Below are positions 9,792 through 19,417 of a DNA stretch of 64,000 nt, piece by piece. The DNA is taken from assembly GCA_965140445.1 (NCBI GenBank), contig OZ223236.1:3200001-3264000 (forward strand). The letters run 5' to 3'. The notes under the pieces are model-generated. The model saw nothing but the letters and a program-made list of their open reading frames with translations, did not search any database and had not been told where the DNA came from. Position numbers and translations under genes: made by a program. Position 1 is the first letter of the stretch. Every line of letters starts with the position of its first letter. This DNA is from Candidatus Ozemobacteraceae bacterium (GTDB lineage: Bacteria; Muiribacteriota; Ozemobacteria; Ozemobacterales; Ozemobacteraceae).

Positions 9792-12260
9792 TTACAGCTC
9801 CTCATCAGAGTTAATGTCGTCTACGTAAGGGTCTTTTGCTGCAGGCTGAAAAAGACTTTTTACTATAATCCAAGGGACTTGAAGCACTTTGTAACAAAGC
9901 CAAAGGGTAAACAGAATTCCTAATATAAAAAGAGGCACATTAATTACCACGTTAAGAATTGGAACACCATAATCATTCCAGATTCTGGTATACCAAGTTG
10001 TAACGACTTGTTCGGTAATAATTGTGTTAGTGGTTGGGTCATAGCGAAATCTTTCTCCATTATTCTGTCCCTGACCAATTTCATCAACTGTTCCGTGAAC
10101 AGTACAGAAGATGTGACCCGTGCCAGAAATGTCACCAATTACACCATAAGTACATCCAGACTCTGGTTTTGATAATGGACCTTTTAAATAACCGCCTTTT
10201 ACCAGGAAGTTATCTGGGTCTGTAGGATCTCCAATGTTATTAGTAACCAATTCGGTATGATCCATATTATACATTTCAATAGCCCCAAGAAGAACTCTCA
10301 TATTAGCGAAACAAGCTTTACCCCGCGCTTGTTCTCTGGATTTTCTGAAATTTGGTATAGCAAGAGCGGCGATTGGAAGAAAACCGCTTGCTCCCCATAA
10401 AGAAACCGATTTTGCCTTTGACTTTTTTATAACAACTCTTTTTGGAGCTGATTTAATATCGATGCCATTAAGGGATACTGCAAGAGATTTCCCATTTGGC
10501 TTATAATCATCCTTCTTTGCAATTTGAGGCACCACAGCTTTTGATACTGCTATAAAGGATGTATATGGAGTTGTAAACTGGTATTTTTTACTTAATTCTA
10601 TAACCTTGTTCTTTAGTTCTGGTTTTTCACCATATGTTTTTATTGAATTTAAAAGGTCATCAGCTTTAGACCTTGCCCAGAATCTACTAACAAAAAGGTT
10701 TTCATTGGAATCTTCCGTGAAGTTGGCATCAACGGGATATTCAACTTTTTCTGTGTTTAGAGTCCCTTTTAATGTGATCTTTTTTGCGCCACCGTTTTTA
10801 TATCTTCCAGTAATGACTAGTTGAGTTCCTTTGTATACATTTGGAAGTGTTTTAGGGTAGGTTTCTGTTACTTCGAGGTCTCCATAATCCAGGCTTAAAT
10901 CAACCAGTAATGGTGTAGAAATTGATCTGTAGAAATCGATTAATTCAGAATCAATATTGGCGTATCTATCAAGATATAGTGGTTCACCGCGATTTTCCAA
11001 AGACAAACGTCCAAGAAGTTGTTTATTTATAGAGTTTCCAACCCCAATTGAGAATGTTCTTATTTTTTGAGTATTTGCTGAATTGTAATTCTCAATAATC
11101 GAATTTGAGTTGGTTACTCCATTACTGGCTTCTCCGTCCGTTAAAAATACAACTGCTTTGGTTCTTTCAAGGTCTTCATCAAAGAATTTTAAAGCCTTCA
11201 AAAGGGAATCATTAATATTAGTTCCCCCTCTAGCGGACAATTGCTCAATAAAGGAAGATGCGTCATCTCTATTTTCTTTTGAAACTGATTGAAGTTCTTC
11301 TTTCCATGTCCAGGCTGTGCTTGAAAATGCTACAATGCCAAATCTGTCGTTTTCATTCAGTTTTTCAACAAAGAAGTTAAATGCGGTTTTGGTTTTTTTC
11401 AGTTTGTCCCCATTCATACTTCCGCTGACATCCATTACAAAAACAATATCTCTATTTACAATGTCCTTCTGGTCAGTTACTTCTTGAGGTGAAAGCATTA
11501 ATACAAAATAACCATCCGCTTCTTTGTCAGGTCGGGTTGATAGGAAGTTGACCGCCATCTTGTCTGCTTTAACTTCATACTCCAGAGCAAAGTCTTTATC
11601 AGGCATGTAGTTGTTTTGCTCAAAAATAGCTTTCCAGTTATTTTCTGATTTTTTTTCAGCGTAAATATCGTGGGATGGAGACTTAAAGGATACAATGTCC
11701 TTCTGATCTTCAACTTCTATTGAAATGCTGACTGTTTCAAGAGGCCTTTTGACCCACGATTTAATAGAAAAAGGAAGATGATAAGAAATCTTTCCTTTGT
11801 TGTAAGAGAGAATTTCACTATATTCGATTACAACAGATGCACGAGAATTGGGTCCTATTGAGCCAATTGAAGTTTCAAAAACTCCAGGCCTTTTTTGAAC
11901 CGCCATAGCAGGCATTAAGCCATCTTCTTTTGCTTCATTAAATTCTTTAGTTGCAGTATTTTTTTCCTCAATTTTCCCTTCATATACTTTACCTTCGCTG
12001 TCTGTTAAAGAAAAATTTTGAACAGAAGCTTTTTCATGGATTGGAAACTGAAGATTTGGTTGTACAGTAAAATCATAAGGGTTATCAAAAGTTTGAGTTA
12101 GTCTGGTTACGGCAACCTGATTTTTAACTGTAACTTCGATTTTTTGAGAAACAATTGTCAGGTCTCCCTTTTGGCAAAATAAGTAACCGGCAAATGATGA
12201 AATATTGGGTGAAATTAAGAACAATAATGTGAGAAATAATAACATTTGACGCTTTTTCAT
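9792..12260 (-). CDS. Exported VIT + von Willebrand factor A domain protein with C-terminal pilin-like domain and TM anchor
   Basis: Signal peptide; VIT (VTRLTQTFDNP..FPI..ASV); vWA MIDAS DVSGSM, GGTNI, FLTDG; TPYTSFIAV; then IPNFRKSREQAR..C...C...C and a hydrophobic C-terminus. Confidence 0.9.
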   Translation of the reverse strand: MKKRQMLLFLTLLFLISPNISSFAGYLFCQKGDLTIVSQKIEVTVKNQVAVTRLTQTFDNPYDFTVQPNLQFPIHEKASVQNFSLTDSEGKVYEGKIEEKNTATKEFNEAKEDGLMPAMAVQKRPGVFETSIGSIGPNSRASVVIEYSEILSYNKGKISYHLPFSIKSWVKRPLETVSISIEVEDQKDIVSFKSPSHDIYAEKKSENNWKAIFEQNNYMPDKDFALEYEVKADKMAVNFLSTRPDKEADGYFVLMLSPQEVTDQKDIVNRDIVFVMDVSGSMNGDKLKKTKTAFNFFVEKLNENDRFGIVAFSSTAWTWKEELQSVSKENRDDASSFIEQLSARGGTNINDSLLKALKFFDEDLERTKAVVFLTDGEASNGVTNSNSIIENYNSANTQKIRTFSIGVGNSINKQLLGRLSLENRGEPLYLDRYANIDSELIDFYRSISTPLLVDLSLDYGDLEVTETYPKTLPNVYKGTQLVITGRYKNGGAKKITLKGTLNTEKVEYPVDANFTEDSNENLFVSRFWARSKADDLLNSIKTYGEKPELKNKVIELSKKYQFTTPYTSFIAVSKAVVPQIAKKDDYKPNGKSLAVSLNGIDIKSAPKRVVIKKSKAKSVSLWGASGFLPIAALAIPNFRKSREQARGKACFANMRVLLGAIEMYNMDHTELVTNNIGDPTDPDNFLVKGGYLKGPLSKPESGCTYGVIGDISGTGHIFCTVHGTVDEIGQGQNNGERFRYDPTTNTIITEQVVTTWYTRIWNDYGVPILNVVINVPLFILGILFTLWLCYKVLQVPWIIVKSLFQPAAKDPYVDDINSDEEL

Positions 12261-12364
12261 AGATTCGCTCCTAGACTCTAATCTTTTTGCCTGTTCAACG
12301 AAATAAAGGAAAAATAATAAAAAATAATTTCGAAGTCTTTCGTTTTTTTAGGCAAGTATTAAAT

Positions 12365-12381
12365 AGCAATTGGCATGCCAA
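12365..12381 (-). promoter_or_regulatory. Sigma-54 (RpoN) -24/-12 promoter upstream of the VIT-vWA gene
   Basis: Minus strand reads TTGGCATGCCAATTGCT, with exact GG-N10-GC spacing, about 105 nt before the ATG. Confidence 0.7.
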
Positions 12382-12395
12382 AAATCTCTTCTCTA

Positions 12396-12436
12396 AAAAA
12401 ATAAAGCGCGACAAACAAGCCGCGCTTTATTTTTTC
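12396..12436. terminator. Intrinsic terminator after the exonuclease gene
   Basis: AAAAAATAAAGCGCG...CGCGCTTTATTTTTT inverted repeat with A/T tails. Confidence 0.8.
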
Positions 12437-12443
12437 TTTTAAA

Positions 12444-13058
12444 TTATCTTACTGGAGGCGTTTCTGGAAATATAAGTTTATGTTCAAGAAGATCCCTTCC
12501 AGTGTAATAGCCTTCTGTTGAAAGCTTATCAAGCAATCCCATTAAAATTTCTTTTACTGCAACTGTATCATTCATTGCTCTGTGAGCATTTTCAAGATTT
12601 ACATTAAAGTGTTTTGCAACCGCCCCCAGCTTATTTGAAGAAAGGTTTAAAAACCTCCTGGAAAGCTTTAATGTGCACATAGAAGGCATAGTGAGGGGTT
12701 TCTGTAGGTATTTCCTCGTAGCATAATCCAAAAAGCCCCAGTCAAAAGGGACATTATGGGAAACAAATATGCTATCTTTAAGTATCTGGTCGACAATTGG
12801 AATTATTTCCTCAATTGTTGGCTGATCCTTAACCATTTCATCAGTAATTCCAGTTATTTTAACGATTTGTTTTGGAATTGGCATATTAGGGTTGACCAGT
12901 TGTTCAAAGATTTCTTCTTCTCCGTTTCTTATTGAAATCATCGCTATTTCGGTTATACCGGCGGAAACTGGTTCGAACCCTGTAGTTTCAAGATCTAAAA
13001 CTACAAATGGGAGTTCTTTTAAAGGTTTATCTAGAAAATCTGGAAGCTGTCTGTACAT
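12444..13058 (-). CDS. DEDDh 3'-5' exonuclease (DNA polymerase III epsilon-like)
   Basis: VLDLETTG, ITGITDEMV, VSHNVPFD, AHRAMND. Confidence 0.92.
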   Translation of the reverse strand: MYRQLPDFLDKPLKELPFVVLDLETTGFEPVSAGITEIAMISIRNGEEEIFEQLVNPNMPIPKQIVKITGITDEMVKDQPTIEEIIPIVDQILKDSIFVSHNVPFDWGFLDYATRKYLQKPLTMPSMCTLKLSRRFLNLSSNKLGAVAKHFNVNLENAHRAMNDTVAVKEILMGLLDKLSTEGYYTGRDLLEHKLIFPETPPVR

Positions 13059-13064
13059 GATGGT

Positions 13065-13093
13065 ATCTTATTACTAACAGGCCTCAAGGTCAA
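13065..13093 (-). promoter_or_regulatory. Sigma-70-type promoter 6 nt upstream of the exonuclease ATG
   Basis: TTGACC-17 nt-TAAGAT-6 nt-ATG on the minus strand. Confidence 0.65.
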
Positions 13094-13113
13094 ACTACAA
13101 AATTCAGGTTTTT

Positions 13114-13500
13114 ATGAAAATTCAAAAAATTAAAGGTTCAATAAGTAAAATAGAAGAAGAAAATGTTTTTGTAACAGACTTAGATAGCGGTTTAGAGATA
13201 TGTTTAAGGAGTGAAGACTTTTTTGAACCCTACGTGGGGCAGGAAGTTGAATTTCTCTGCATAGTTGCAAAAAACTCAGGTGGAATTTCAAGAAAATTTG
13301 CTGTTAAGGAAAAACCAGCTCCCAAACCAATGAAAATGAAAAGTTTTGGTTCCTTAGTAAAACAGATGATAAAAGCAAAAGAACGTTTGCTCGCAAATCT
13401 AAATGAAATTGAAGATTCTGATTATGAAGGTGTTTCTATCGAAGATTTGAAAGATAAGATTGCTTTTCTGGAAGAAGGAATTGAAAAATTTAGCGGGTAA
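13114..13500 (+). CDS. Hypothetical protein (beta-rich N-terminus, coiled-coil C-terminus)
   Basis: 128 aa ORF filling the intergenic space; no family recognised. Confidence 0.65.
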   Translation: MKIQKIKGSISKIEEENVFVTDLDSGLEICLRSEDFFEPYVGQEVEFLCIVAKNSGGISRKFAVKEKPAPKPMKMKSFGSLVKQMIKAKERLLANLNEIEDSDYEGVSIEDLKDKIAFLEEGIEKFSG

Positions 13501-13501
13501 T

Positions 13502-14098
13502 TTACTTTAAGGGTGGGCAGATAAAAGGACTTTTCAAGTTTTCAGATACTGGAAACATGCGATTCGGAGTTAAGACCACAAGGTCATCGAGTTTAATTAA
13601 CCTTTTTTTCCCTTTTTTTGATCTGTAAATCACCTTACTAAGCTTTCGCTCGCTACCAATTAACATGTTTTTGCTTAAAGTAATATGAGGTTGGTAATTA
13701 CTGGCGTCAGCGAAATCAAAAGTTTGAATCTTTTTTCCAAGAGTCTCTATCAATTCATTATGAAAAGCCATCAATTTGTCATTAGGCATTACTTTAAGAA
13801 ATATAACCGGGCTTTTGCCTTCTTCATAATGAAAGAGGTCAAAACCTCGAACAAATATCTTTAATGGAATATGCTTTTTGGCTATTCGTGCAATTTCTGG
13901 TATGAGTTCAATTAACGCATCTTCATCAAAAAATTCTTTTGAATGACCTAAAAATTTTACAGTTAAATGAGTGTTTTCTGAGGGAACAAAATTATGGAAG
14001 AGTCCATTTAATTTTCGCTGACAAGACCGTATAAAAGGTCTTTCGGAAATTGGAATCCTAAAAGCTAATGTGTAAGGTAGATTGCAGGTTGTAACCAT
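13502..14098 (-). CDS. 2H phosphoesterase (2'-5' RNA ligase/RNA 2',3'-cyclic phosphodiesterase family)
   Basis: Two HxT motifs: NTHLTVKFLG and YQPHITL. Confidence 0.85.
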   Translation of the reverse strand: MVTTCNLPYTLAFRIPISERPFIRSCQRKLNGLFHNFVPSENTHLTVKFLGHSKEFFDEDALIELIPEIARIAKKHIPLKIFVRGFDLFHYEEGKSPVIFLKVMPNDKLMAFHNELIETLGKKIQTFDFADASNYQPHITLSKNMLIGSERKLSKVIYRSKKGKKRLIKLDDLVVLTPNRMFPVSENLKSPFICPPLK

Positions 14099-14121
14099 CT
14101 TTTGTTTACCAAATCTAAAAG

Positions 14122-14157
14122 AAAAAAGGCGAAAGGTTTTACCCTTTCGCCTTTTTA
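14122..14157 (-). terminator. Intrinsic terminator after the PLP-enzyme gene
   Basis: AAAAAAGGCGAAAGG...CCTTTCGCCTTTTTT. Confidence 0.85.
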
Positions 14158-14163
14158 TTGATT

Positions 14164-15654
14164 CTACAAGTTTTCTAATACACCAGTTTTTTTATTGAAA
14201 TCTTCAATTAACTCATCCCAATGCTTTAAAACTGAATCGTCAAAAACATCTTCCCAGAATTCAAGGTCCCAAAGTTCGTTGATTTCTTCAACGGTTTTGC
14301 CCTGCTGTTCAACCCAGGTGTAATATTTAAAATTATGAAGGCGCTTTCTGTCATGATAGTTTAATTCCATCATGTCACCTGTTCCTTCACCGACCAAATA
14401 TCTTTCGAAATCTGCCATGGCGCGGCCATTGCAATAATTTCCTTTTTCTTCTTTTTGTTCAGCAAGTCTAGATTGATACATTTCTGCAGAATCTGTTAAA
14501 CAGGTGAAAATTACATCATTCTCATCCATTTCATAGAATTTTGCAGCTTTAATTGCAGAAAGAAGATTGCTTATACTGCTTATTCCAAGAAGGTGAAGTT
14601 GGTCGATTAACTCTTGCTTAACTCCATTGTTTTTAAGGAATTCGTGTCCTGCATTTTCGTTAAACAATCTGAGTAGATTCATGCAGTTTTCATCATCAAC
14701 AGCTACAACAGTGTCGGTGTTTCTTGTATTGTGAATCCAAGGAACATGTTTGTCACCAATACCTTCAATTCTGTGTCCGCCAAAACCGCAGCTAAGGAGG
14801 GTAGGGCATTGAAGAGCTTCTGATGCAATAATTCTTGCATGTGGATGCAATTTCTTAATTCTATCGCCAGCCGCAATTGTTCCTGCTGAACCAGTTGCTG
14901 AAACCCATCCAGCCAAACGACTTTTTGGATTTTTAACTTTGTCAAATATTTCAAGAACTGCATTGCCTGTCTGATGGAAATGCCAAATAGCATTTCCCCA
15001 TTCATCAAACTGATTAAAGATTACTATGTCATCGCCTCTGGTTTTTCTTAATTCCCAGCATTTGTCATAGATTTCTTTAACATTTGATTCACAACCAGGA
15101 GTTGCAAATATTTCGTCGGTTCCAATTTCTTTGAGCCAATTAAATCTTTCTGGACTCATTTCTTCTGGGAGAATTGCTATAGCTGGTGAAGCAAGAAGTG
15201 CGCAATCATAAGCTCCGCCACGGCAATAGTTGCCAGTGCTGGGCCAAACTGCTTTTTGTGTAGTAGGATCAAATTCACCACTCACAAGTCTTGGAGCAAG
15301 ACAACCGAATGCTGCGCCAACTTTATGGGCACCAGTAGGAAAATATTTTCCTACAAGTCCAATTACTTTTGCTTTAATGCCGGTAATCTCACTTGGAAAT
15401 TCAACAAAGTTCACGTCGCCATAAAGGCCAGTGTCAATATTGTTGTGCCATGTAATCCTGAAAAGGTTCAAAGGATCTACATCCCAAAGTCCAAGGTTTT
15501 TAACTTTATCTTTGATTTTTTGAGGAATCAAATCAGGATTTCTTTGCTGAGCAAAAGTAGGAACAATAATGTTTCTTTCTTTAGCGCGTTGAATAGTTTT
15601 TTTCAGGACTTCTTCTTTAACCTGAAGTTTAAATTTATGTGCGTATTTAGCCAC
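14164..15654 (-). CDS. PLP-dependent fold-type II enzyme (cysteine synthase/Trp synthase beta superfamily)
   Basis: FPTGAHKVGA (PLP Lys), WPSTGNY, ATGSAGTIAAG, HRIEGIGDK; GTG start with AAGGAG RBS. Confidence 0.85.
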   Translation of the reverse strand: MAKYAHKFKLQVKEEVLKKTIQRAKERNIIVPTFAQQRNPDLIPQKIKDKVKNLGLWDVDPLNLFRITWHNNIDTGLYGDVNFVEFPSEITGIKAKVIGLVGKYFPTGAHKVGAAFGCLAPRLVSGEFDPTTQKAVWPSTGNYCRGGAYDCALLASPAIAILPEEMSPERFNWLKEIGTDEIFATPGCESNVKEIYDKCWELRKTRGDDIVIFNQFDEWGNAIWHFHQTGNAVLEIFDKVKNPKSRLAGWVSATGSAGTIAAGDRIKKLHPHARIIASEALQCPTLLSCGFGGHRIEGIGDKHVPWIHNTRNTDTVVAVDDENCMNLLRLFNENAGHEFLKNNGVKQELIDQLHLLGISSISNLLSAIKAAKFYEMDENDVIFTCLTDSAEMYQSRLAEQKEEKGNYCNGRAMADFERYLVGEGTGDMMELNYHDRKRLHNFKYYTWVEQQGKTVEEINELWDLEFWEDVFDDSVLKHWDELIEDFNKKTGVLENL

Positions 15655-15670
15655 GATGAAGCTCCTTTAT

Positions 15671-16622
15671 TTATGGGAAAACGTGAGTGCCAGCTTCGCC
15701 TTTAACAGCTTTGGCAAGGTTTTCCGGATTGGTTATGATGGCGTGTTTTCCACCGTTTTTTCAAGAATTTAATAATAGCTTCACATTTAGGAAGCATTGA
15801 ACCAGGTTTGAAGTGACCTTCTTTTATGTATTGTTCAAGTTCAGCCATGGTTACTTTGTCTAAAGCTTTCTCTTCTGGAGTTCCAAAATTTAAGCAAGCT
15901 TTTTCAACTGCTGTTGAAACAACAAATACGTCTGCATCAATATTTGAAGCCAGGAGAGCTGAAGCAAAATCTTTATCGATAACCGCAGCTGTTCCTTTAA
16001 GCTGGCCATTTTCATCTCTTACTACAGGAATTCCACCGCCACCAACAGCAACAACGATAAAACCTTTTTCTGTTAAAGTTTTTACTGCATCTTCTTCGAT
16101 GATTTCAAGTGGTAGTGGGGAAGCAACAACTCGCCTCCAGCCTCTGCCTGCATCTTCTACCATATTCCAACCACTTTTTGCCATTCTGTCTTTGGCTTCA
16201 GCTTCTGAATAAAAAGAACCTATTGGTTTGGAAGGTTTTTCAAAAGATGGATCGTTTTTATCAACGAGAACCTGTGTTACAACAGTAACTACTGGTTTTG
16301 AAATTCCTCGTTTTTTAAATTCATTACCAAGTGCCATTTGAAAATTGTAGCCTATGGCCCCCTGGGTATCAGCACCGCATGAATCTAATGGTACTTCGTG
16401 TACCTGATCTCTGGCTATTTCACTTCTAAGAAGTATAAAGCCAACCTGTGGCCCATTGCCATGTGTGACGACTACATTGTAACCAGCTTCGATCATATCT
16501 GCGATATGAACCATTGTTTTACAAGCAGCTTCATACTGGTCTGGAACGGTTTGATGGGATTTGTCTGTAATCAGAGAATTCCCACCGACTGCAACAACTG
16601 CTACTTTGCCATTAGTTGTCAT
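15671..16622 (-). CDS. arcC: Carbamate kinase, with an apparent 1-nt insertion in an A6 run at 15756-15761
   Basis: VAVGGNSL, THGNGPQVG, KPIG, GWRRVV.SP, GGGGIPV, AVIDKD, GSMLPK. Removing one A restores NGGKHAIITNPENLAKAVKGEAGTHVFP* ending at 15671. GGAGG RBS precedes ATG 16622. Confidence 0.93.
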
Positions 16623-16908
16623 TGAACATTCCTCCGTCATTAAATATGACAATTTCTTTGAATTTGGATTCTATTCCATTCTTTTACTGGTTTGAAACTG
16701 TTTTTTTTAGTTAAAAATCAGCATGCTTTTTTTTGCTTTTCTATTATACTCATTTTCTCTGAAAAGTATAGTTGATTAATTAATTCTAAAAGCTCTTCAA
16801 TTTAAAATTTTCCTTTTTAGAATAGTTGTTAAAAACAAAATAGTCAGCTATAATTGCAGAGCCAAAAAAACATGGCCGAAATTAAAGAAAACACACTTGG
16901 AGAATGGA

Positions 16909-18111
16909 ATGGATATTGCAAAAAAAATTATGGAACTGGCTGAAAAGTATAGAGACTACACTGCAGCAAACCTTGGTAAAATGGTTAAAATTCCATCGGA
17001 AAGTATGCAGGAAAAAGATGTTCAGGCTGAAGTCGTTCGCCAGATGAAGGAAGCTGGTTTTGATGAAGTTAGAACAGATGGACTTGGCAATGTTATCGGT
17101 AGAGTTGGAAACGGAAAAACCGTTATCGCTATAGATGGTCACGTTGATACTGTTGGAGTTGGTAATAAAGCAAATTGGGAATTTGATCCATTCTTAGGAG
17201 AAGTAAAAGACGGTCACGTATTAGGACGTGGAACTGTCGACCAGGAAGGTGGAATTGCTTCTGCGATAACTTCTGGTAAAATTTTAAAAGAACTTGGATT
17301 TGATAAAGATGTAACTTTTTATGTAGTAAGTTCAGTTATGGAAGAAGATTGTGATGGTCTTTGCTGGAAATATCTGGTAGAAGAAGAAAAACTTAAACCT
17401 GATTTCGTAATCAGTACTGAACCTACTAATCTCAATATTTACAGAGGCCATCGTGGCAGAATGGAAATCGGTATTGATTTTCGCGGAATTTCCTGCCACG
17501 GATCTGCTCCTGAAAGAGGGAAAAATGCAGTCTATATGGCTTCAAAAGTTGCATTAGAAATTGAAAAACTTAATGAAAGATTAAAAAATGATGAATTCCT
17601 TGGAAAAGGAACTGTAACTATTTCAGAATTTAAATCTGGAAGCCCATCATTATGTGCTGTTGCTGATTCAGTTCACATCCACCTTGACAGAAGACTTACC
17701 TGGGGTGAAACCAAAGAATCCGCAGTTAAAGAAGTTGAAGATGTTATTACAGCTTGTGGTCTTAAACTTAATGATGAAGCAACTGTAGAAGTTCTTCATT
17801 ATGAAGAAGTGGCTTACACAGGTCTCAAATATGGTATGGAAAAATATTTCCCAACCTGGAAACTTGAAGAAAGCGAACCAGTTGTTCAAACTGGCGTAAA
17901 AAGCTTTAAAGAACTGTTTAATAAAGATCCAAAAATTGATAAATGGACCTTCTCAACCAACGGAGTAACAATTAACGGTTATTATAAAATACCTATGATT
18001 GGCTTTGGACCAGGAAATGAAGTTCTTGCCCATGCTCCTAATGAAAAATGTCCAGTAGAAGACCTTGTTAAAGCATCTGCATTTTATGCAATGTATGCTT
18101 ATAACCTCTAA
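16909..18111 (+). CDS. ygeY: YgeY family M20 hydrolase
   Basis: DGHVDTVG, GRGTVDQEGG, EEDCDGLCW, YRGHRGRMEI, CHGSAPERG, WTFSTNGV, AHAPNE. Confidence 0.92.
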   Translation: MDIAKKIMELAEKYRDYTAANLGKMVKIPSESMQEKDVQAEVVRQMKEAGFDEVRTDGLGNVIGRVGNGKTVIAIDGHVDTVGVGNKANWEFDPFLGEVKDGHVLGRGTVDQEGGIASAITSGKILKELGFDKDVTFYVVSSVMEEDCDGLCWKYLVEEEKLKPDFVISTEPTNLNIYRGHRGRMEIGIDFRGISCHGSAPERGKNAVYMASKVALEIEKLNERLKNDEFLGKGTVTISEFKSGSPSLCAVADSVHIHLDRRLTWGETKESAVKEVEDVITACGLKLNDEATVEVLHYEEVAYTGLKYGMEKYFPTWKLEESEPVVQTGVKSFKELFNKDPKIDKWTFSTNGVTINGYYKIPMIGFGPGNEVLAHAPNEKCPVEDLVKASAFYAMYAYNL

Positions 18112-18163
18112 AAAATTAGCAGTGTTCTGCTCTTAATACTTTTAAAAATCAAAGGAAAAGAAT

Positions 18164-19351
18164 ATGAATCAATTGAACGCTTTAATTCAGGAAATTAGAA
18201 ATTATAAATCAAATCTTGCCGGAACAGATTTTCTTCTCACATGGGAAAAAACCGTTGAGGAACTTAAGCAGATCTTAGCAGTTAGTGACGCTCTTAAACT
18301 TATGAGAAGCAAAAATATCTCAACTAGAGTTTTTGATAGTGGTCTTGCAGTTTCTCTTTTCAGAGATAATTCTACCAGAACAAGATTTTCTTATTCTTCA
18401 GCTTGTAACCTTCTTGGACTTGAAGTTCAGGATCTTGATGAAGGCAAATCTCAGATTGCACACGGTGAAACTGTTCGTGAAACCGCTAATATGATTTCTT
18501 TCCTGACTGAAGCCATTGGAATCCGAGATGATATGTATCTTGGAGCGGGCAATGCTTATATGAGAGAAGTAGGCGAATCACTTGATGACGGTCATGAAAA
18601 GGGCGTTCTTCCTCAGAGACCAAGAATTGTAAATCTCCAATGTGACATTGATCACCCAACTCAGTCTATGGCTGATTTAGCATGGTTAAAAGAACACTTT
18701 GGCGGTCTTGATAATCTTAAAGGCAAAAAAATTGCTATGACATGGGCTTATTCTCCAAGTTATGGTAAACCACTTTCAGTTCCTCAGGGAATTATTGGTC
18801 TGATGACCAGATTCGGAATGGATGTTACACTTGCTCATCCTGAAGGATATGGATTAATTCCTGATGTAATGGAAGTTGCTAAAAAGAACGCTAAAGAAAC
18901 TGGCGGAAGCTTTACAGTTGCGAAAACTATGGATGAAGCTTTCAAAGGCGCTGACATCGTTTATCCAAAAAGCTGGGCTCCTTATGCTGTTATGGGCAAA
19001 AGAACAGAATTGCTCCGCAAGAATGACCACGATGGTTTGAAAGCTCTTGAAAAAGAATGTCTCACTAATAATGCTAAATATAAAGATTGGGAATGTACTG
19101 CTGAAAAAATGAAGCTTACCAAAAATGGCGAAGCTCTTTATATGCATTGTCTTCCAGCAGATATTACCGGCGTTTCTTGCAAAGCCGGTGAAGTTAGCGC
19201 AGATGTTTTTGAAAAATACAGAATTGAAACTTACAAAGAAGCTGGTTATAAGCCATATATCATTGCAGCAATGATGCTTACAAGCAGATTTGGTGATCCG
19301 GCTGGTCTTTTGGAAAAATTGATTGAGTGGAACACACCAAGAGTTCTATAG
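18164..19351 (+). CDS. ygeW: Knotted carbamoyltransferase YgeW
   Basis: FRDNSTRTRFS, HGETVRETANMISF, DHPTQ, WAYSPSYGKPLSVPQG, YMHCLPAD. Confidence 0.95.
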   Translation: MNQLNALIQEIRNYKSNLAGTDFLLTWEKTVEELKQILAVSDALKLMRSKNISTRVFDSGLAVSLFRDNSTRTRFSYSSACNLLGLEVQDLDEGKSQIAHGETVRETANMISFLTEAIGIRDDMYLGAGNAYMREVGESLDDGHEKGVLPQRPRIVNLQCDIDHPTQSMADLAWLKEHFGGLDNLKGKKIAMTWAYSPSYGKPLSVPQGIIGLMTRFGMDVTLAHPEGYGLIPDVMEVAKKNAKETGGSFTVAKTMDEAFKGADIVYPKSWAPYAVMGKRTELLRKNDHDGLKALEKECLTNNAKYKDWECTAEKMKLTKNGEALYMHCLPADITGVSCKAGEVSADVFEKYRIETYKEAGYKPYIIAAMMLTSRFGDPAGLLEKLIEWNTPRVL

Positions 19352-19359
19352 TTAAATAG

Positions 19360-19396
19360 ATAAGGCTCCCGATTAATCGGGGGCCTTATTTTTTTA
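19360..19396 (+). terminator. Intrinsic terminator after ygeW
   Basis: ATAAGGCTCCCGA-ttaa-TCGGGGGCCTTAT followed by a T run. Confidence 0.85.
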
Positions 19397-19417
19397 TTAA
19401 ATTTTTGGAGGATTTGA

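Noticed and set aside
15256..16625. Plus-strand ORFs of 149, 128 and 75 aa opposite the PLP enzyme and carbamate kinase
   Set aside because: Antisense shadows of well-conserved genes with no recognisable motifs. The same applies to the other short overlapping ORFs in the track.
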